Virus record (IMG/VR): IMGVR_UViG_2917802685_000001
Location: 90,159-154,158 of that record
Direction: 5' to 3' (one strand)
Length of the DNA stretch: 64,000 nucleotides
Source: a virus
Taxonomy: Duplodnaviria > Caudoviricetes
In this document: positions 10,522 to 19,692 of the stretch, in pieces
Position numbering within the stretch: the first letter of the stretch is position 1
Layout: every line of letters begins with the position of its first letter
Notes under the pieces: generated by a model
The model's database searches: none
Seen by the model: only the letters and a program-made list of their open reading frames with translations
What the model was told of the DNA's origin: nothing
Program-made: the position numbers and the translations under genes

Positions 10522-10619
10522 GCGCCCCACACGCCCCGCTGCGCCCCTCACCGCCAACGGGAGGGCGCAGCACCCGCCCCGGGCCCGCCAGCCCGCCACA
10601 ACCCCAGGAGCGCCCCGCC

Positions 10620-11042
10620 ATGACTCGCACCGCCCGCCGCCGCCCCGGCATCCATGCCAAGTGCCTCGCCACCCTCGACCGCGACGGCGTCATCCTCATC
10701 TGCGGCCGCTCGCCCGAGCACACCACCAACACCGACCCCGAGCGCCGCAAGCACTACGACCCCGACGAAGACGCCACCTGGACCGAGGAGCGCCCCGCGC
10801 CCACCGGCGTCCGCCCCGAGCCCGGCAAGACCTACGCCACCCGCCCCGTCACCGGCCGCCCCGGCTGGCACCACGTCTACGACCGCACCGGCGCCCTGCG
10901 CGCCCTCGCCGAGCGCCGCCCCTCCTGGTGGCACCTCTACACCGCCAGCGAGCACGGCGCCGCCCAGGGCGCGCCCGTCCGGTACGAGACCCTCCGCGAC
11001 GGCGCCGACGCCTACACCCGCACCCAGGAGCGCCCCGCATGA
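10620..11042 (+). CDS. Hypothetical protein with Cys/His module
   Basis: Leader CCCAGGAGCGCCC; C-x12-C-x5-H. Confidence 0.7.
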   Translation: MTRTARRRPGIHAKCLATLDRDGVILICGRSPEHTTNTDPERRKHYDPDEDATWTEERPAPTGVRPEPGKTYATRPVTGRPGWHHVYDRTGALRALAERRPSWWHLYTASEHGAAQGAPVRYETLRDGADAYTRTQERPA

Positions 11043-11782
11043 CCAAGTCTTCCCGCCCGCAGGCCGACCCGCCCGCGCTGGCCGCCGCCGCCGAGACCCT
11101 CCAGGCAGCCGCCGCGCGCCTCCTGGCCGCCGGTGTGCCCCTGGCGGACGTCACCGCGCTCGCCGAGGCCGCCCGCGACTACGCCGCCGAGCACGCAGCC
11201 GCAACGGTCGCCCGGCTCGACCGCAGCATCGGACTGCTCTCCCCCTCACCCCTCTCCACTAAGCCCATCGACGCCGTCCGCGCCACCGCGCTCCCGCTCA
11301 TCCCCGCCGCCGACCACGAGCACGTGTGGGTGACCGCGCTGGACGGGGACGACGAGCCCGCACGGGACGCCGACGGGAACACGTGGACGCACTGCGGCGT
11401 GTGCGGAGATCCCCGAGACGGCGCGCCGCGCCCCGTGTTCCTGAGCACGCCGTGCGCCCGGCCCGACTGCGAGCACACGCTCAACTGGCACACCGGCACC
11501 GGCGGGCACGGGTGCATCGCTCGCGGCGGCGCCTGCTCCTGCCCCGCCTTCGCCCAGGCCGACACCGACGCGCACCACCAGGCCCTCAATGACGGACGAC
11601 CCAACGCCAGCGAGCGCGGCGTGCACTACGACATCGAGGAGGGACGTCCCGACGGCTACCCCGTGTGGCGCATCGTGCGCCACCTGGGCCGCAACGCCCG
11701 CGAGGTCACCGCGTACCGCCACCCCACTGCTGCCGACATCGTCGCCTCCGCCCTCAACACCGCCGCCCGCCATGAGGACTGA
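11039..11782 (+). CDS. Cys/His-rich hypothetical protein
   Basis: ATGA overlap; HEHVW..CGVC and C-x3-C-x-H..H..C..C-x-C. Confidence 0.7.
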   Translation: MTKSSRPQADPPALAAAAETLQAAAARLLAAGVPLADVTALAEAARDYAAEHAAATVARLDRSIGLLSPSPLSTKPIDAVRATALPLIPAADHEHVWVTALDGDDEPARDADGNTWTHCGVCGDPRDGAPRPVFLSTPCARPDCEHTLNWHTGTGGHGCIARGGACSCPAFAQADTDAHHQALNDGRPNASERGVHYDIEEGRPDGYPVWRIVRHLGRNAREVTAYRHPTAADIVASALNTAARHED

Positions 11783-11786
11783 CCCC

Positions 11787-12128
11787 GTGACCGACCCCGC
11801 CGACCGGATGCCGACCGCCCGCGTCAAGCTCCCCGGCAGCTTTTGTGACTGGCTCGCCGCCACCCTCGCCGCCCTCGGTGACAGCCCCTCCCTCGCCTCC
11901 GTGCGCGCCACCCTCGACGCGGCCCGGCGCACCGAGCGGCGGCACGGCTACTTCCTCACCCTCGACGCCACCGAGCCCGTCCTGGAGATGCTCGGAGCGT
12001 TCGCCGCCGACTGCATCGCCCTGGGCCGTCCCGCCACCGGCCACAACACCCGCGAGGCCGCCCGCACCGCCCGGCTGCGCATCCACCACGCCCACACCAC
12101 CCTGACCGACCAGGAGCCGACCCCGTGA
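11787..12128 (+). CDS. Hypothetical protein
   Basis: GAGGA RBS then GTG (alternative ATG 11772). Confidence 0.65.
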   Translation: MTDPADRMPTARVKLPGSFCDWLAATLAALGDSPSLASVRATLDAARRTERRHGYFLTLDATEPVLEMLGAFAADCIALGRPATGHNTREAARTARLRIHHAHTTLTDQEPTP

Positions 12129-12565
12129 CCGTCCAGCCGCCCGCCCGGCGCCCCTGCGCCTCCTGCCCGTACCGCGAGGACGTCCCGCCGGGCATCTGGG
12201 CCGAGAAGGAGTACGCCAAGCTCCCCACCTTCGACGAGCCGACCTGGGCCCAGCCCGGCACGCTGTTCCTGTGCCACCAGCACGACCGCGACGACGACCG
12301 CGCCCGCGTCTGCGCCGGGTGGGCCGGATGCCACGACATGAGCCAGAGCCTTGGTCTGCGCATCGCGGCAGCGTCCGGGGAAGTCACGCCCGAGACCGCC
12401 GAGGCCATCTACGACTACGTCTCGCCCGTGCCGCTGTTCGCCTCCGGCGCCGAGGCCGCCGCCCACGGCCGCAGCGGCATCGACGACCCGGACATCGACG
12501 CCGTCCTCGCCATCCGCAAGATCGAACGCAGGCGCACCGACCTCACCGAACCCAAGGGGAACTGA
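12125..12565 (+). CDS. DUF6283-like Cys-rich protein
   Basis: PCASCPYR..VPPGIW..EY.KL...LFLCHQ...CAGW pattern. Confidence 0.75.
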   Translation: MTVQPPARRPCASCPYREDVPPGIWAEKEYAKLPTFDEPTWAQPGTLFLCHQHDRDDDRARVCAGWAGCHDMSQSLGLRIAAASGEVTPETAEAIYDYVSPVPLFASGAEAAAHGRSGIDDPDIDAVLAIRKIERRRTDLTEPKGN

Positions 12566-12568
12566 CCC

Positions 12569-13135
12569 ATGGACACGCCTCCCGAGTGCCTGGAGATGAT
12601 CAGCACGCACGGCGCCATCGTCCAGTGCGAGAAGCACGCCGCCCACTCCGCCAGACGCATGCCCTCCTGGCGCTGGCACGAGGGTCAGGGCGGTGTCCGC
12701 TGGCCCGCCGCGCCGCGTGACTCGTTCCTGGCCAACGACGGCCCGCGCTGGAACCGGCCCGACAGCGGGTTCGACGTGATCGGCCGTCTCGACGAGCCCG
12801 GCATCCCCGACGGCCCGACCGTGCGCGCCATGCTGCTCGCCACCGCCCTGTGCGCTGGGGCCGATCTGGACGGCACGCCCGAGTCGTGGGGCACGGCCGC
12901 CGCGCTGCGGGCCCGGTTCGAGACCGGCACGCCGCGCCTGTCCTACGACGAGACCCTCGCGTTCGCCGACCTCGCCCGCGTGTACGCCATACCGGACCAC
13001 CGCCAGACCGTGCTGCGCGCCCTGGGCTACCTGAGCGCCGTCAACGGCCTGCCGCGAACGACCTGCCGGGGCCTTGACGACAACGGCGACAAGTGCGGGC
13101 GCAGCAACCACCACCGTGGTGACTGCCGCCACTGA
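12569..13135 (+). CDS. Hypothetical protein with terminal Cys/His modules
   Basis: TGACCCATG coupling; two C-x-C-x-H modules. Confidence 0.7.
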   Translation: MDTPPECLEMISTHGAIVQCEKHAAHSARRMPSWRWHEGQGGVRWPAAPRDSFLANDGPRWNRPDSGFDVIGRLDEPGIPDGPTVRAMLLATALCAGADLDGTPESWGTAAALRARFETGTPRLSYDETLAFADLARVYAIPDHRQTVLRALGYLSAVNGLPRTTCRGLDDNGDKCGRSNHHRGDCRH

Positions 13136-13176
13136 CGACGAATGACTTCGAGAATTCTCTACGACCCCACCTAATG

Positions 13177-13201
13177 GCATCAGTTGGTGCCCTAGAGTGG
13201 G
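13177..13201 (+). promoter_or_regulatory. Promoter/operator P5 (no clear -35)
   Basis: GCATC-AGTT-GGTGC-cc-TAGAGTGGG. Confidence 0.7.
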
Positions 13202-13231
13202 GTCGTTGTCTCTGAGAGGACGGACCACCAC

Positions 13232-13858
13232 ATGCACGACACCGAAGCCCCGCACGAGACCGAGGTGATCGCCCTCCGCCGGGTCATCGCCGAGAAGCAC
13301 CCCACGGCCACCAGCACTCAAGTCCACGAGCACGAGGGCCAGTTCATCGGCATCACCTTCCGCGTGACCGCCCGCACGCTGCAGTACTTCCGCTGGGCCG
13401 ACCCCACCGGCGCCATGCCGGACAGCCCCCGCTACACCCGCGATCACGCCGCCGCCGTCCTCCTGGCCCGTGCCGAGCGCGCCGCCGTCCGCATCACCCC
13501 CGCCGCCCTATGGACGCGCGCCGGTGAGGAGCAGGTGTCGGTGCTGAAGGAGGACGCGGGTGACTGCCCCGACTGCGATAAGCAGCTCACCCGCGCCATG
13601 TTCCGCTGGACCGAGCGCACGCCGGACCCGGACCCGTTCGAAGCCAGCCTGTTCTCCGGCGACGGCCGGTTCTCCTCACTGCGGCACAGCGACGGCAGCC
13701 CTGACCACGAAGGCCCGTTCGGCCCCAGCTCCAAGCCCGCCCGCACCGCCTGCCCCGAGTGCCTGCGCCCCGGCGTCACCTTCCAGGACACCGGCTACGG
13801 CTGGAACGCCAACTGCCCGCACTGCGGCTGGCAGAACTACACCGACAGCGGCGACTGA
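13232..13858 (+). CDS. Zn-ribbon hypothetical protein
   Basis: CPDC, CPEC, CPHC motifs; RBS GAGGA. Confidence 0.75.
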   Translation: MHDTEAPHETEVIALRRVIAEKHPTATSTQVHEHEGQFIGITFRVTARTLQYFRWADPTGAMPDSPRYTRDHAAAVLLARAERAAVRITPAALWTRAGEEQVSVLKEDAGDCPDCDKQLTRAMFRWTERTPDPDPFEASLFSGDGRFSSLRHSDGSPDHEGPFGPSSKPARTACPECLRPGVTFQDTGYGWNANCPHCGWQNYTDSGD

Positions 13859-13864
13859 GCCAGC

Positions 13865-13896
13865 TAGACACGCAACACATGTTTCGATAGAGTGGG
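13865..13896 (+). promoter_or_regulatory. Promoter/operator P6 (17-bp spacer)
   Basis: TAGACA-17-TAGAGT; GCAAC-ACAT-GTTTC. Confidence 0.8.
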
Positions 13897-13970
13897 GCCG
13901 TTGGTGGGGCCGGTGTCAGACCCGGCCCCTACGCTCCCACCACCATCACCCTCCCCAGGAGAACGACACC

Positions 13971-14846
13971 ATGGGAATCCCGAAGGTCGACGAGGCCACC
14001 ACGATCGCCCTGGAAGCGATCCGTGACGCCGCCCCCGGCCTGCTCACCATGACCGAGGTCTCCAAGAAGGTCGCCTCGCACGCAGACGTCTCCATCGGCA
14101 CTGCCCGCAACCGGCTGCGCGCCGCCGTCGCGGCTGGCGGACTCCTCGAACTCACCCCCGAGACGCGGAAGTTCTTCGTCGACCTGCCCGGCGAGAAGAC
14201 CGCCGGGGTCGGCCCGTTCTACATCGCCCAGGAGTGGACGGGCACCGGCCGGGAGCACCGCAAGGTGATCACCACCGACGACAGCAAGATGCGCCCCAGC
14301 TCCTACGGGCCCGGCAACACCACGTACCTGGCCGACCCCGAGCAGATCCGCGAGTACGTCCAGCAGCTCGCCGACGAGCAGAAGGCCAAGAGGGAGGCCG
14401 AGATCGAGGCGGCCAAGGCCGAGAAGAAGGCCGAGAAGAAGGAGTTCGGCCGCCGGTTCCCCGGCCTCCTGCGCACCCTGCGCCGGTTCCGCCTGCTCGG
14501 CACGGAGATCCGAGAGCACCGGGGCCGCTTCGCCTCGGTGAAGACCAGCACGCACCTCGAAGACGAGGACCGGCGCGGCAAGGAGGCGCTGGCGATCGAG
14601 GAGCGCGACGCGAGCCTGACCATCTACGCGTGGGGCGACGAGAACGTGGCCCTGCTCAATTCCCTCCTGACGGCCGGGATCGCCGCGCACATCGAGTCCC
14701 AGCCGCTGACCCTCTGCGCGCACTGCGGTGGCCGCATCCTGCAGGTCCCCCAGGGCGAGGACGGAGGGTTCTGGTGGCACATCGACTCCACCAGCGCGTC
14801 CTGCGCCCAGGGTGACACCAAGGCCGAGCCCGCGCAGGAGAACTGA
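13971..14846 (+). CDS. Putative winged-HTH DNA-binding protein with coiled coil and Zn site
   Basis: LTMTEVSKKVA..VSIGTARNRLRAAV; CAHC..WWH..C. Confidence 0.7.
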   Translation: MGIPKVDEATTIALEAIRDAAPGLLTMTEVSKKVASHADVSIGTARNRLRAAVAAGGLLELTPETRKFFVDLPGEKTAGVGPFYIAQEWTGTGREHRKVITTDDSKMRPSSYGPGNTTYLADPEQIREYVQQLADEQKAKREAEIEAAKAEKKAEKKEFGRRFPGLLRTLRRFRLLGTEIREHRGRFASVKTSTHLEDEDRRGKEALAIEERDASLTIYAWGDENVALLNSLLTAGIAAHIESQPLTLCAHCGGRILQVPQGEDGGFWWHIDSTSASCAQGDTKAEPAQEN

Positions 14847-14848
14847 CC

Positions 14849-15295
14849 ATGCCCAACTCCGCCACCTGCCCCGGCTGCCGGAACTACCCCGTCACCGTGA
14901 CGCCGACCGGCGCCCTGCGCGCCCACGACACCGGGACCGGAAAGCCGTGCCCCGGCAGGGGTTTCCGTCTCGACCAGCCCATCTACCCGCAGCTCATCAA
15001 GTTCTGGGGCTGGGAGACCGGCCAGAAGCTGATGAAGAGGGAGTTCCCCGAGTGGGTGTCGCCGATGGAGAGCGGCCCTCACCCGCAGGGCACCCTGCAG
15101 GAGCTGATCATGAAGGCATACCCCCGCGCGGACGCCTTCGGCTACGCCGGAGCGCTCACCGGCACCGGCAAGGGCCTGACGTTCTCCGTCGGCCGCCGCT
15201 GGTACTTCGCCGCCGAGGACGGCTTCGTCGGCGAGAACTACCTGCGCCGCTCGGACGCAGCTGACGCCTTCCACGCATACATGAAGGAGAACTGA
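14849..15295 (+). CDS. Hypothetical protein with N-terminal CxxC..H..C module
   Basis: GGAGAACTGACCATG coupling. Confidence 0.75.
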   Translation: MPNSATCPGCRNYPVTVTPTGALRAHDTGTGKPCPGRGFRLDQPIYPQLIKFWGWETGQKLMKREFPEWVSPMESGPHPQGTLQELIMKAYPRADAFGYAGALTGTGKGLTFSVGRRWYFAAEDGFVGENYLRRSDAADAFHAYMKEN

Positions 15296-15298
15296 CCC

Positions 15299-15607
15299 AT
15301 GACCACCACGCCCGCCGCCTTCCACTTCGTTGCCCCCGTCACCGTCAAGGACGGCGAGCTGACCGCCCACACCGACGACGGCAAGGTGTCCGTGCGCATC
15401 ACGGACGCGGTCGACCGCATCGTCGGCGGGATGCACCCGGGCAACCTCTACGCCGTGTGGGAGTTCGACGAGCGCCCCAACCCGGCCCACGCCGCCACCA
15501 CGGCCCAGCAGGAGCGCCCGGCTCGCATCCTCGTCCACCCCGGCCACGGTGAGCTGTTGCAGCTCGCCGACTCCTACCGCCTGGACCTGACCGTCAAGGA
15601 GTTCTGA
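15299..15607 (+). CDS. Hypothetical protein
   Basis: Coupled start, GC3 bias. Confidence 0.7.
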   Translation: MTTTPAAFHFVAPVTVKDGELTAHTDDGKVSVRITDAVDRIVGGMHPGNLYAVWEFDERPNPAHAATTAQQERPARILVHPGHGELLQLADSYRLDLTVKEF

Positions 15608-15609
15608 CC

Positions 15610-16092
15610 ATGGCCATCGCCTGCGCCGACGACTGGGCCGACGCCCTCGACGCGTACCAGACCCACCACGGCATGAGCGCGGGCGACCTCGTCTCTAGCG
15701 CCTGTGCCGCCGGGGAGGTCGTGGGCATCACCCTCGACCCCCGGCACCCGGCCGCCGACGACGAGCGGCCCCACCTCGCCGCAGACAACGGCTGGGTCGT
15801 CCGCTACGACCCGAAGTACGGCTGGTGGGAGGGCGTCACCTACTCACTGTGGACGCTCGTCCACGAGGCCGACGGGAGCAGCGACGCCGCCTGGGTGCTG
15901 CGCTACGGCATCGGCGCCGACACCCAGGTGTACGACACGAACCCCGACCTGGGGCCGGACGACCACGCCGACGCCCAGGAGTGGGGCAAGCGGGTCCTGG
16001 CCAACCACCACTACACCAACATCGCCATCTGGATCGCGCACCGGCCCGGCCCGGACACCGCGCCCAGCCACTGGGTTGCCAAGGAGGACTGA
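15610..16092 (+). CDS. Hypothetical protein
   Basis: Coupled start, GC3 bias. Confidence 0.7.
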   Translation: MAIACADDWADALDAYQTHHGMSAGDLVSSACAAGEVVGITLDPRHPAADDERPHLAADNGWVVRYDPKYGWWEGVTYSLWTLVHEADGSSDAAWVLRYGIGADTQVYDTNPDLGPDDHADAQEWGKRVLANHHYTNIAIWIAHRPGPDTAPSHWVAKED

Positions 16093-16095
16093 CCC

Positions 16096-16290
16096 ATGAG
16101 CCAGGATCCGACCCTGGACGCCACCCGCGACTTCGAGCAGCTGGTGGACGTGACCCTCAAGAAGCTGGGTCTGGACCCGCGCGAGGCCAGCAACGTGCGC
16201 GCCTGCCTGAGCAAGGCGTACAGCTTCGGCTACGACGCCTGCCAGGCCGACGCCATGAACGGCATGTTCGGCCGCATCGGAGAGGACTGA
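16096..16290 (+). CDS. Small hypothetical protein
   Basis: AGGAGG RBS. Confidence 0.7.
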   Translation: MSQDPTLDATRDFEQLVDVTLKKLGLDPREASNVRACLSKAYSFGYDACQADAMNGMFGRIGED

Positions 16291-16292
16291 CC

Positions 16293-16580
16293 ATGCCCGT
16301 CGCAAAAACCCTGTCCGGCAAGGTGATCACCTGCGACGGCTGCAAGGCGCCGCTCGAAGAGGTCACCGAGGACATGAAGCACCCGATCCCGCCGGGCCTG
16401 TACCTGCCGGGCGTGCGGTTCTACGTCTGCCGCCCGCTGCCCGGCCGCGTCTCCTGCCTGACCCGGGCGCGCCAGCGGGAGGCCGAGCACCTGCGCCAGT
16501 GCGGACGCTGCCAGTACACCCACGGCCGCCTGCGGACGACCGCCCTCATCATCGAGCTGACCAGCGAGGAACCGCAGTGA
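16293..16580 (+). CDS. Cys-rich small protein
   Basis: GAGGA-TGACCATG; CDGC, CGRC. Confidence 0.65.
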   Translation: MPVAKTLSGKVITCDGCKAPLEEVTEDMKHPIPPGLYLPGVRFYVCRPLPGRVSCLTRARQREAEHLRQCGRCQYTHGRLRTTALIIELTSEEPQ

Positions 16581-17047
16581 ACGAGCCAAAGATCATCCAG
16601 GCGGTAAGGCCGACCCGGCCCGCCTACAGCCTGCGGGAGGCCGAGGATCTGATGACGATCCTCCTGCAGAGCGGGCACCCGCAGGCCGACCACCTCGTCA
16701 CCAAGCTGGTCACCGCCGCCGAGCAGCCCGGTCCGTACCTGGAACTGATGGAGCGCATCCGGACGTCCCTTACCCTCGGCACCGATGAGCCTGCCGAGCC
16801 GGACCGCAGCCCCTGCGACCGGTGCCACGGCGGGAATCTGTACGACCTGATGGGGCACACCTACATGGGCCACCGGGTCACCAACTCCCTCGCCCGCCGG
16901 GGGGTGATGACGTTCGAGGAGCTGACCGCGCGCAGCACGGCATGGCTGCTGGACGAGGGCGGCCTGGGCGCCAAGGGCTTCCACCTGGTCCGGGAGAAGG
17001 TCGGCGGCCGGGCCTGGTCGGCGATGGAGGCCCGTTCGGAAGGCTGA
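16577..17047 (+). CDS. Protein with C-terminal RNA polymerase alpha-CTD-like (HhH) domain
   Basis: [44 protein letters not shown] matches the RpoA CTD pattern R..N.L...GI....EL...SE..LL...G.KS. Confidence 0.7.
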   Translation: MNEPKIIQAVRPTRPAYSLREAEDLMTILLQSGHPQADHLVTKLVTAAEQPGPYLELMERIRTSLTLGTDEPAEPDRSPCDRCHGGNLYDLMGHTYMGHRVTNSLARRGVMTFEELTARSTAWLLDEGGLGAKGFHLVREKVGGRAWSAMEARSEG

Positions 17048-17056
17048 CCACACCCC

Positions 17057-17088
17057 TAGACGCGCAACTGTTGATGCATTAGAGTGGA
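17057..17088 (+). promoter_or_regulatory. Promoter/operator P7 (17-bp spacer)
   Basis: TAGACG-17-TAGAGT; GCAAC-TGTT-GATGC. Confidence 0.8.
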
Positions 17089-17178
17089 GCCGTTGTCAGG
17101 TGCTCTCGCCCGCCAGCTGGGTACCTGCAGCAAACCACCGCCACCCCCCTCGACCCGCCACGAGGAGAACACCCCGCC

Positions 17179-17376
17179 ATGCGCCCCATCCTGGCGTTCG
17201 CGCCCATAGTGCCGTCCGCCCTCACGCCCGCCGTCTGCCTGTGGCTGCACTTCCGCTACGGCTCCACCCCGCAGGGCAGCGCCCTGTGCTACAACCTCAC
17301 CGGCCTGTACGCGGTCGTCACCGTCGTCCTCGCCGTCGTCGGCCGCGCCTGGGTCGCCCCGGGGGCCGAGCAGTGA
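17179..17376 (+). CDS. Small membrane protein (2 hydrophobic segments)
   Basis: GAGGAG RBS; hydrophobic stretches. Confidence 0.65.
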   Translation: MRPILAFAPIVPSALTPAVCLWLHFRYGSTPQGSALCYNLTGLYAVVTVVLAVVGRAWVAPGAEQ

Positions 17377-17717
17377 GCGACGACGGCCACCGCGAGTGGG
17401 TCGCCGCCACCCGCGACGCCTACCCCGAGACGTTCACCGAGCTGCTCATCCCGCGCGCTTTCCTGGCTGGTCACATCGCCGCCAGCCAGCCCGCCGCGCC
17501 GGAGGAACTGTCCCTGCAGCTCGACCACGTCGGCGGGACCCCGGCCCTCGGGAACGCGGTGCGCGCCCAGTGGCCGGTGACGCTTCTCCGGCCGCTGGCC
17601 GACTACGCCGAGGACTGCGCCCGCGCCTGGAGCCCCGTCACCTGGCGCACCGCGCACGTCGCGGCCGACGCCCTCGCCGAGCAGGTCAATCGTCAACTCG
17701 CCAGGGAGTCCCAGTGA
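17373..17717 (+). CDS. Hypothetical protein
   Basis: GTGA overlap. Confidence 0.65.
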   Translation: MSDDGHREWVAATRDAYPETFTELLIPRAFLAGHIAASQPAAPEELSLQLDHVGGTPALGNAVRAQWPVTLLRPLADYAEDCARAWSPVTWRTAHVAADALAEQVNRQLARESQ

Positions 17718-18034
17718 TGCAGCCGATCACCATGGCCGATGCCGCCGACCTGGGCGTGCCCGAGTGCTTCTCCGACGAGTTCGCCTTCCTGGAGCGCACC
17801 GGCCAGCTCCCGCCGTACGCGGGGCCGGTCGAGCGGGACTGGGGCAGCGACGCCTACGACCCGTACATGGACGACCGGTTCGAGGAGCCCGTCGTCCGCC
17901 TCGACAAGTTCGTGCCCGTGCCGGTCGCCGAGCCGGAGCCGTTGAAGGTCATGCCGACCGGTCGCCCCGGTCACGAGTCCTGGTGCGACATCGACCACGG
18001 ATCCGTCCGCGAGCACTGCCCGCCCCCGTTCTGA
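17717..18034 (+). CDS. Acidic hypothetical protein
   Basis: TGATG overlap; ends HESWCDIDH..HCPPPF. Confidence 0.7.
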   Translation: MQPITMADAADLGVPECFSDEFAFLERTGQLPPYAGPVERDWGSDAYDPYMDDRFEEPVVRLDKFVPVPVAEPEPLKVMPTGRPGHESWCDIDHGSVREHCPPPF

Positions 18035-18044
18035 GGGAGACCTG

Positions 18045-18311
18045 ATGCGCCGTCGCGACGCCGTCAAGTACGCCGCCGTCCTGGTCGCCGTGTTCGGCAC
18101 GATCATCTGCGCGGCCGAGTTCCAGGACACCGGCGCCCAGCCGGTCCCGATGCAGCCCCACGTCGTCTCCATCACCACCACCCCGAGCTGTTCCCCGAGC
18201 GCCCTCGACACGGCCGCCGCGCTGGAGCGGGCCCGCGAGGACGCCCGCCGGGTGCAGCACAAGGTGATGGACAACGCCAGCCGTTCCGCCACTTCGTGGC
18301 TGGCCCCGTAG
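18045..18311 (+). CDS. Secreted/membrane-anchored small protein
   Basis: MRRRDAVK followed by hydrophobic segment. Confidence 0.65.
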   Translation: MRRRDAVKYAAVLVAVFGTIICAAEFQDTGAQPVPMQPHVVSITTTPSCSPSALDTAAALERAREDARRVQHKVMDNASRSATSWLAP

Positions 18312-18360
18312 ACCACCCACCACACTGTCAACCCACGTATCCCTAGGGGGGATCGACCGT

Positions 18361-18723
18361 ATGAAGGTCACCAAGCTCAACCGCTACCTCTTCCCGCCCG
18401 GCGCCGTCACGGCCGCTGTGCTGCTCCTCGGCGCCTGCAGCGGCATGGAGGACAAGCCGGACAGCATCGCCGCCGACGTGATGTGCCACGACTTCGTCGA
18501 GAAGCAGCTCAAGAGTCCCGGTACCGCGAAGTTCGCCGGAGTCACGGACTACAAGTACAAGACGCTGAGCGACAAGAAGCCGTGGAAGTTCCGCATCACG
18601 TCCTGGGTCGACAGCCAGAACCCCATGGGCGGCGTCGTGCGCAACCCGTACGTGTGCACCGTCTCCACCAAGGACAACAAGACCTGGCACCTCGACGACC
18701 TGCAGTTCACCAACCCGAACTGA
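18361..18723 (+). CDS. Putative lipoprotein
   Basis: Lipobox LLGAC after basic N-region; VEKQLKSPGTAKF...VDSQNPMGG pattern. Confidence 0.8.
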   Translation: MKVTKLNRYLFPPGAVTAAVLLLGACSGMEDKPDSIAADVMCHDFVEKQLKSPGTAKFAGVTDYKYKTLSDKKPWKFRITSWVDSQNPMGGVVRNPYVCTVSTKDNKTWHLDDLQFTNPN

Positions 18724-18769
18724 CGCCCACCGCACACCGTTACACCACTCCGTATCCCTAGGGGGGATC

Positions 18770-19309
18770 ATGTACGACCCGAACATCCCGCAGCAGCCCG
18801 CCAATGCCTCGCGCCCCTGGTACAAGATGAAGCGCACCTGGGCCGGTGCCCTCGTCGGCCTGTTCGTCATCGGCGCCATCGCGGGCGGCAACGACGACAC
18901 CAAGAAGACGACCGCCGCCCCGTCGCCGACCAAGACGGTCACCGCGACCCCGTCCCCGTCGCCGACCTCGGCCGACGACGCCCTCAAGAAGATCCAGGAG
19001 CACAACAAGAAGGGCCAGGACGACCTCAAGAACGCCATCGAGAAGGCGTCCAAGTCGGCCGAGGCCGCTGCGCCGCCCGCCGACAACGGCGACCTGCCGG
19101 ACCTGGTCGGCATGAACCACCAGGCCGCCCAGGACACGGCCCAGGCCGCCGGGTTCTTCAACCTGCGCGAGAAGGACGCCTCCGGCGCCGAGCGGATGCT
19201 GCTGTGGGACCGCAACTGGAAGGTCTGCAAGCAGGAGCCCGCCCCGGGCAGCCACTCCAAGGAGATCACCGTCACGCTCTACTCGGTGAAGCTCGAAGAG
19301 TCCTGCTGA
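18770..19309 (+). CDS. Membrane-anchored PASTA-domain protein
   Basis: TM helix, Pro/Thr linker, LPDLVGMNHQAAQDTAQAAGF...WKVCKQEPAPG. Confidence 0.8.
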   Translation: MYDPNIPQQPANASRPWYKMKRTWAGALVGLFVIGAIAGGNDDTKKTTAAPSPTKTVTATPSPSPTSADDALKKIQEHNKKGQDDLKNAIEKASKSAEAAAPPADNGDLPDLVGMNHQAAQDTAQAAGFFNLREKDASGAERMLLWDRNWKVCKQEPAPGSHSKEITVTLYSVKLEESC

Positions 19310-19324
19310 TTCCGCAACGCCCCG

Positions 19325-19355
19325 ACGGCCGCGCCCAGACAATGGGCGCGGCCGT
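19325..19355 (+). terminator. Stem-loop terminator
   Basis: ACGGCCGCGCCCA / TGGGCGCGGCCGT inverted repeat. Confidence 0.7.
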
Positions 19356-19381
19356 TCCTTCCCGCCTAGGAGAACACCATC

Positions 19382-19690
19382 ATGACCCTCAGCCAGCGCA
19401 GGCTCTTCTGCACTCTCGGCGGCCTCGCCCTCATCATCGTGGGCGGCATCTTCTGGCTCGTCGGCGACGAGAACTCCGTCACCGGCGACAACCGGATGGA
19501 CCTCCACTCCGCCGCCGTGTGGGGTGAGGTGCTCAACTACGAGAGCACCGAGAAGAAGGACTACGACGACGCCAAGATCCTCAAGGAGAAGGGCGAGAAC
19601 GAGAAGACGACCGGGCTCGCCCTCGTCGCCTTCGGCGCGGTCGTCTTCGTCCTCCGCTTCACCGCCCGCCCGACGTCCAAGGTGGCCTGA
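19382..19690 (+). CDS. Two-TM membrane protein
   Basis: Two hydrophobic helices; AGGAG RBS. Confidence 0.75.
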   Translation: MTLSQRRLFCTLGGLALIIVGGIFWLVGDENSVTGDNRMDLHSAAVWGEVLNYESTEKKDYDDAKILKEKGENEKTTGLALVAFGAVVFVLRFTARPTSKVA

Positions 19691-19692
19691 CC

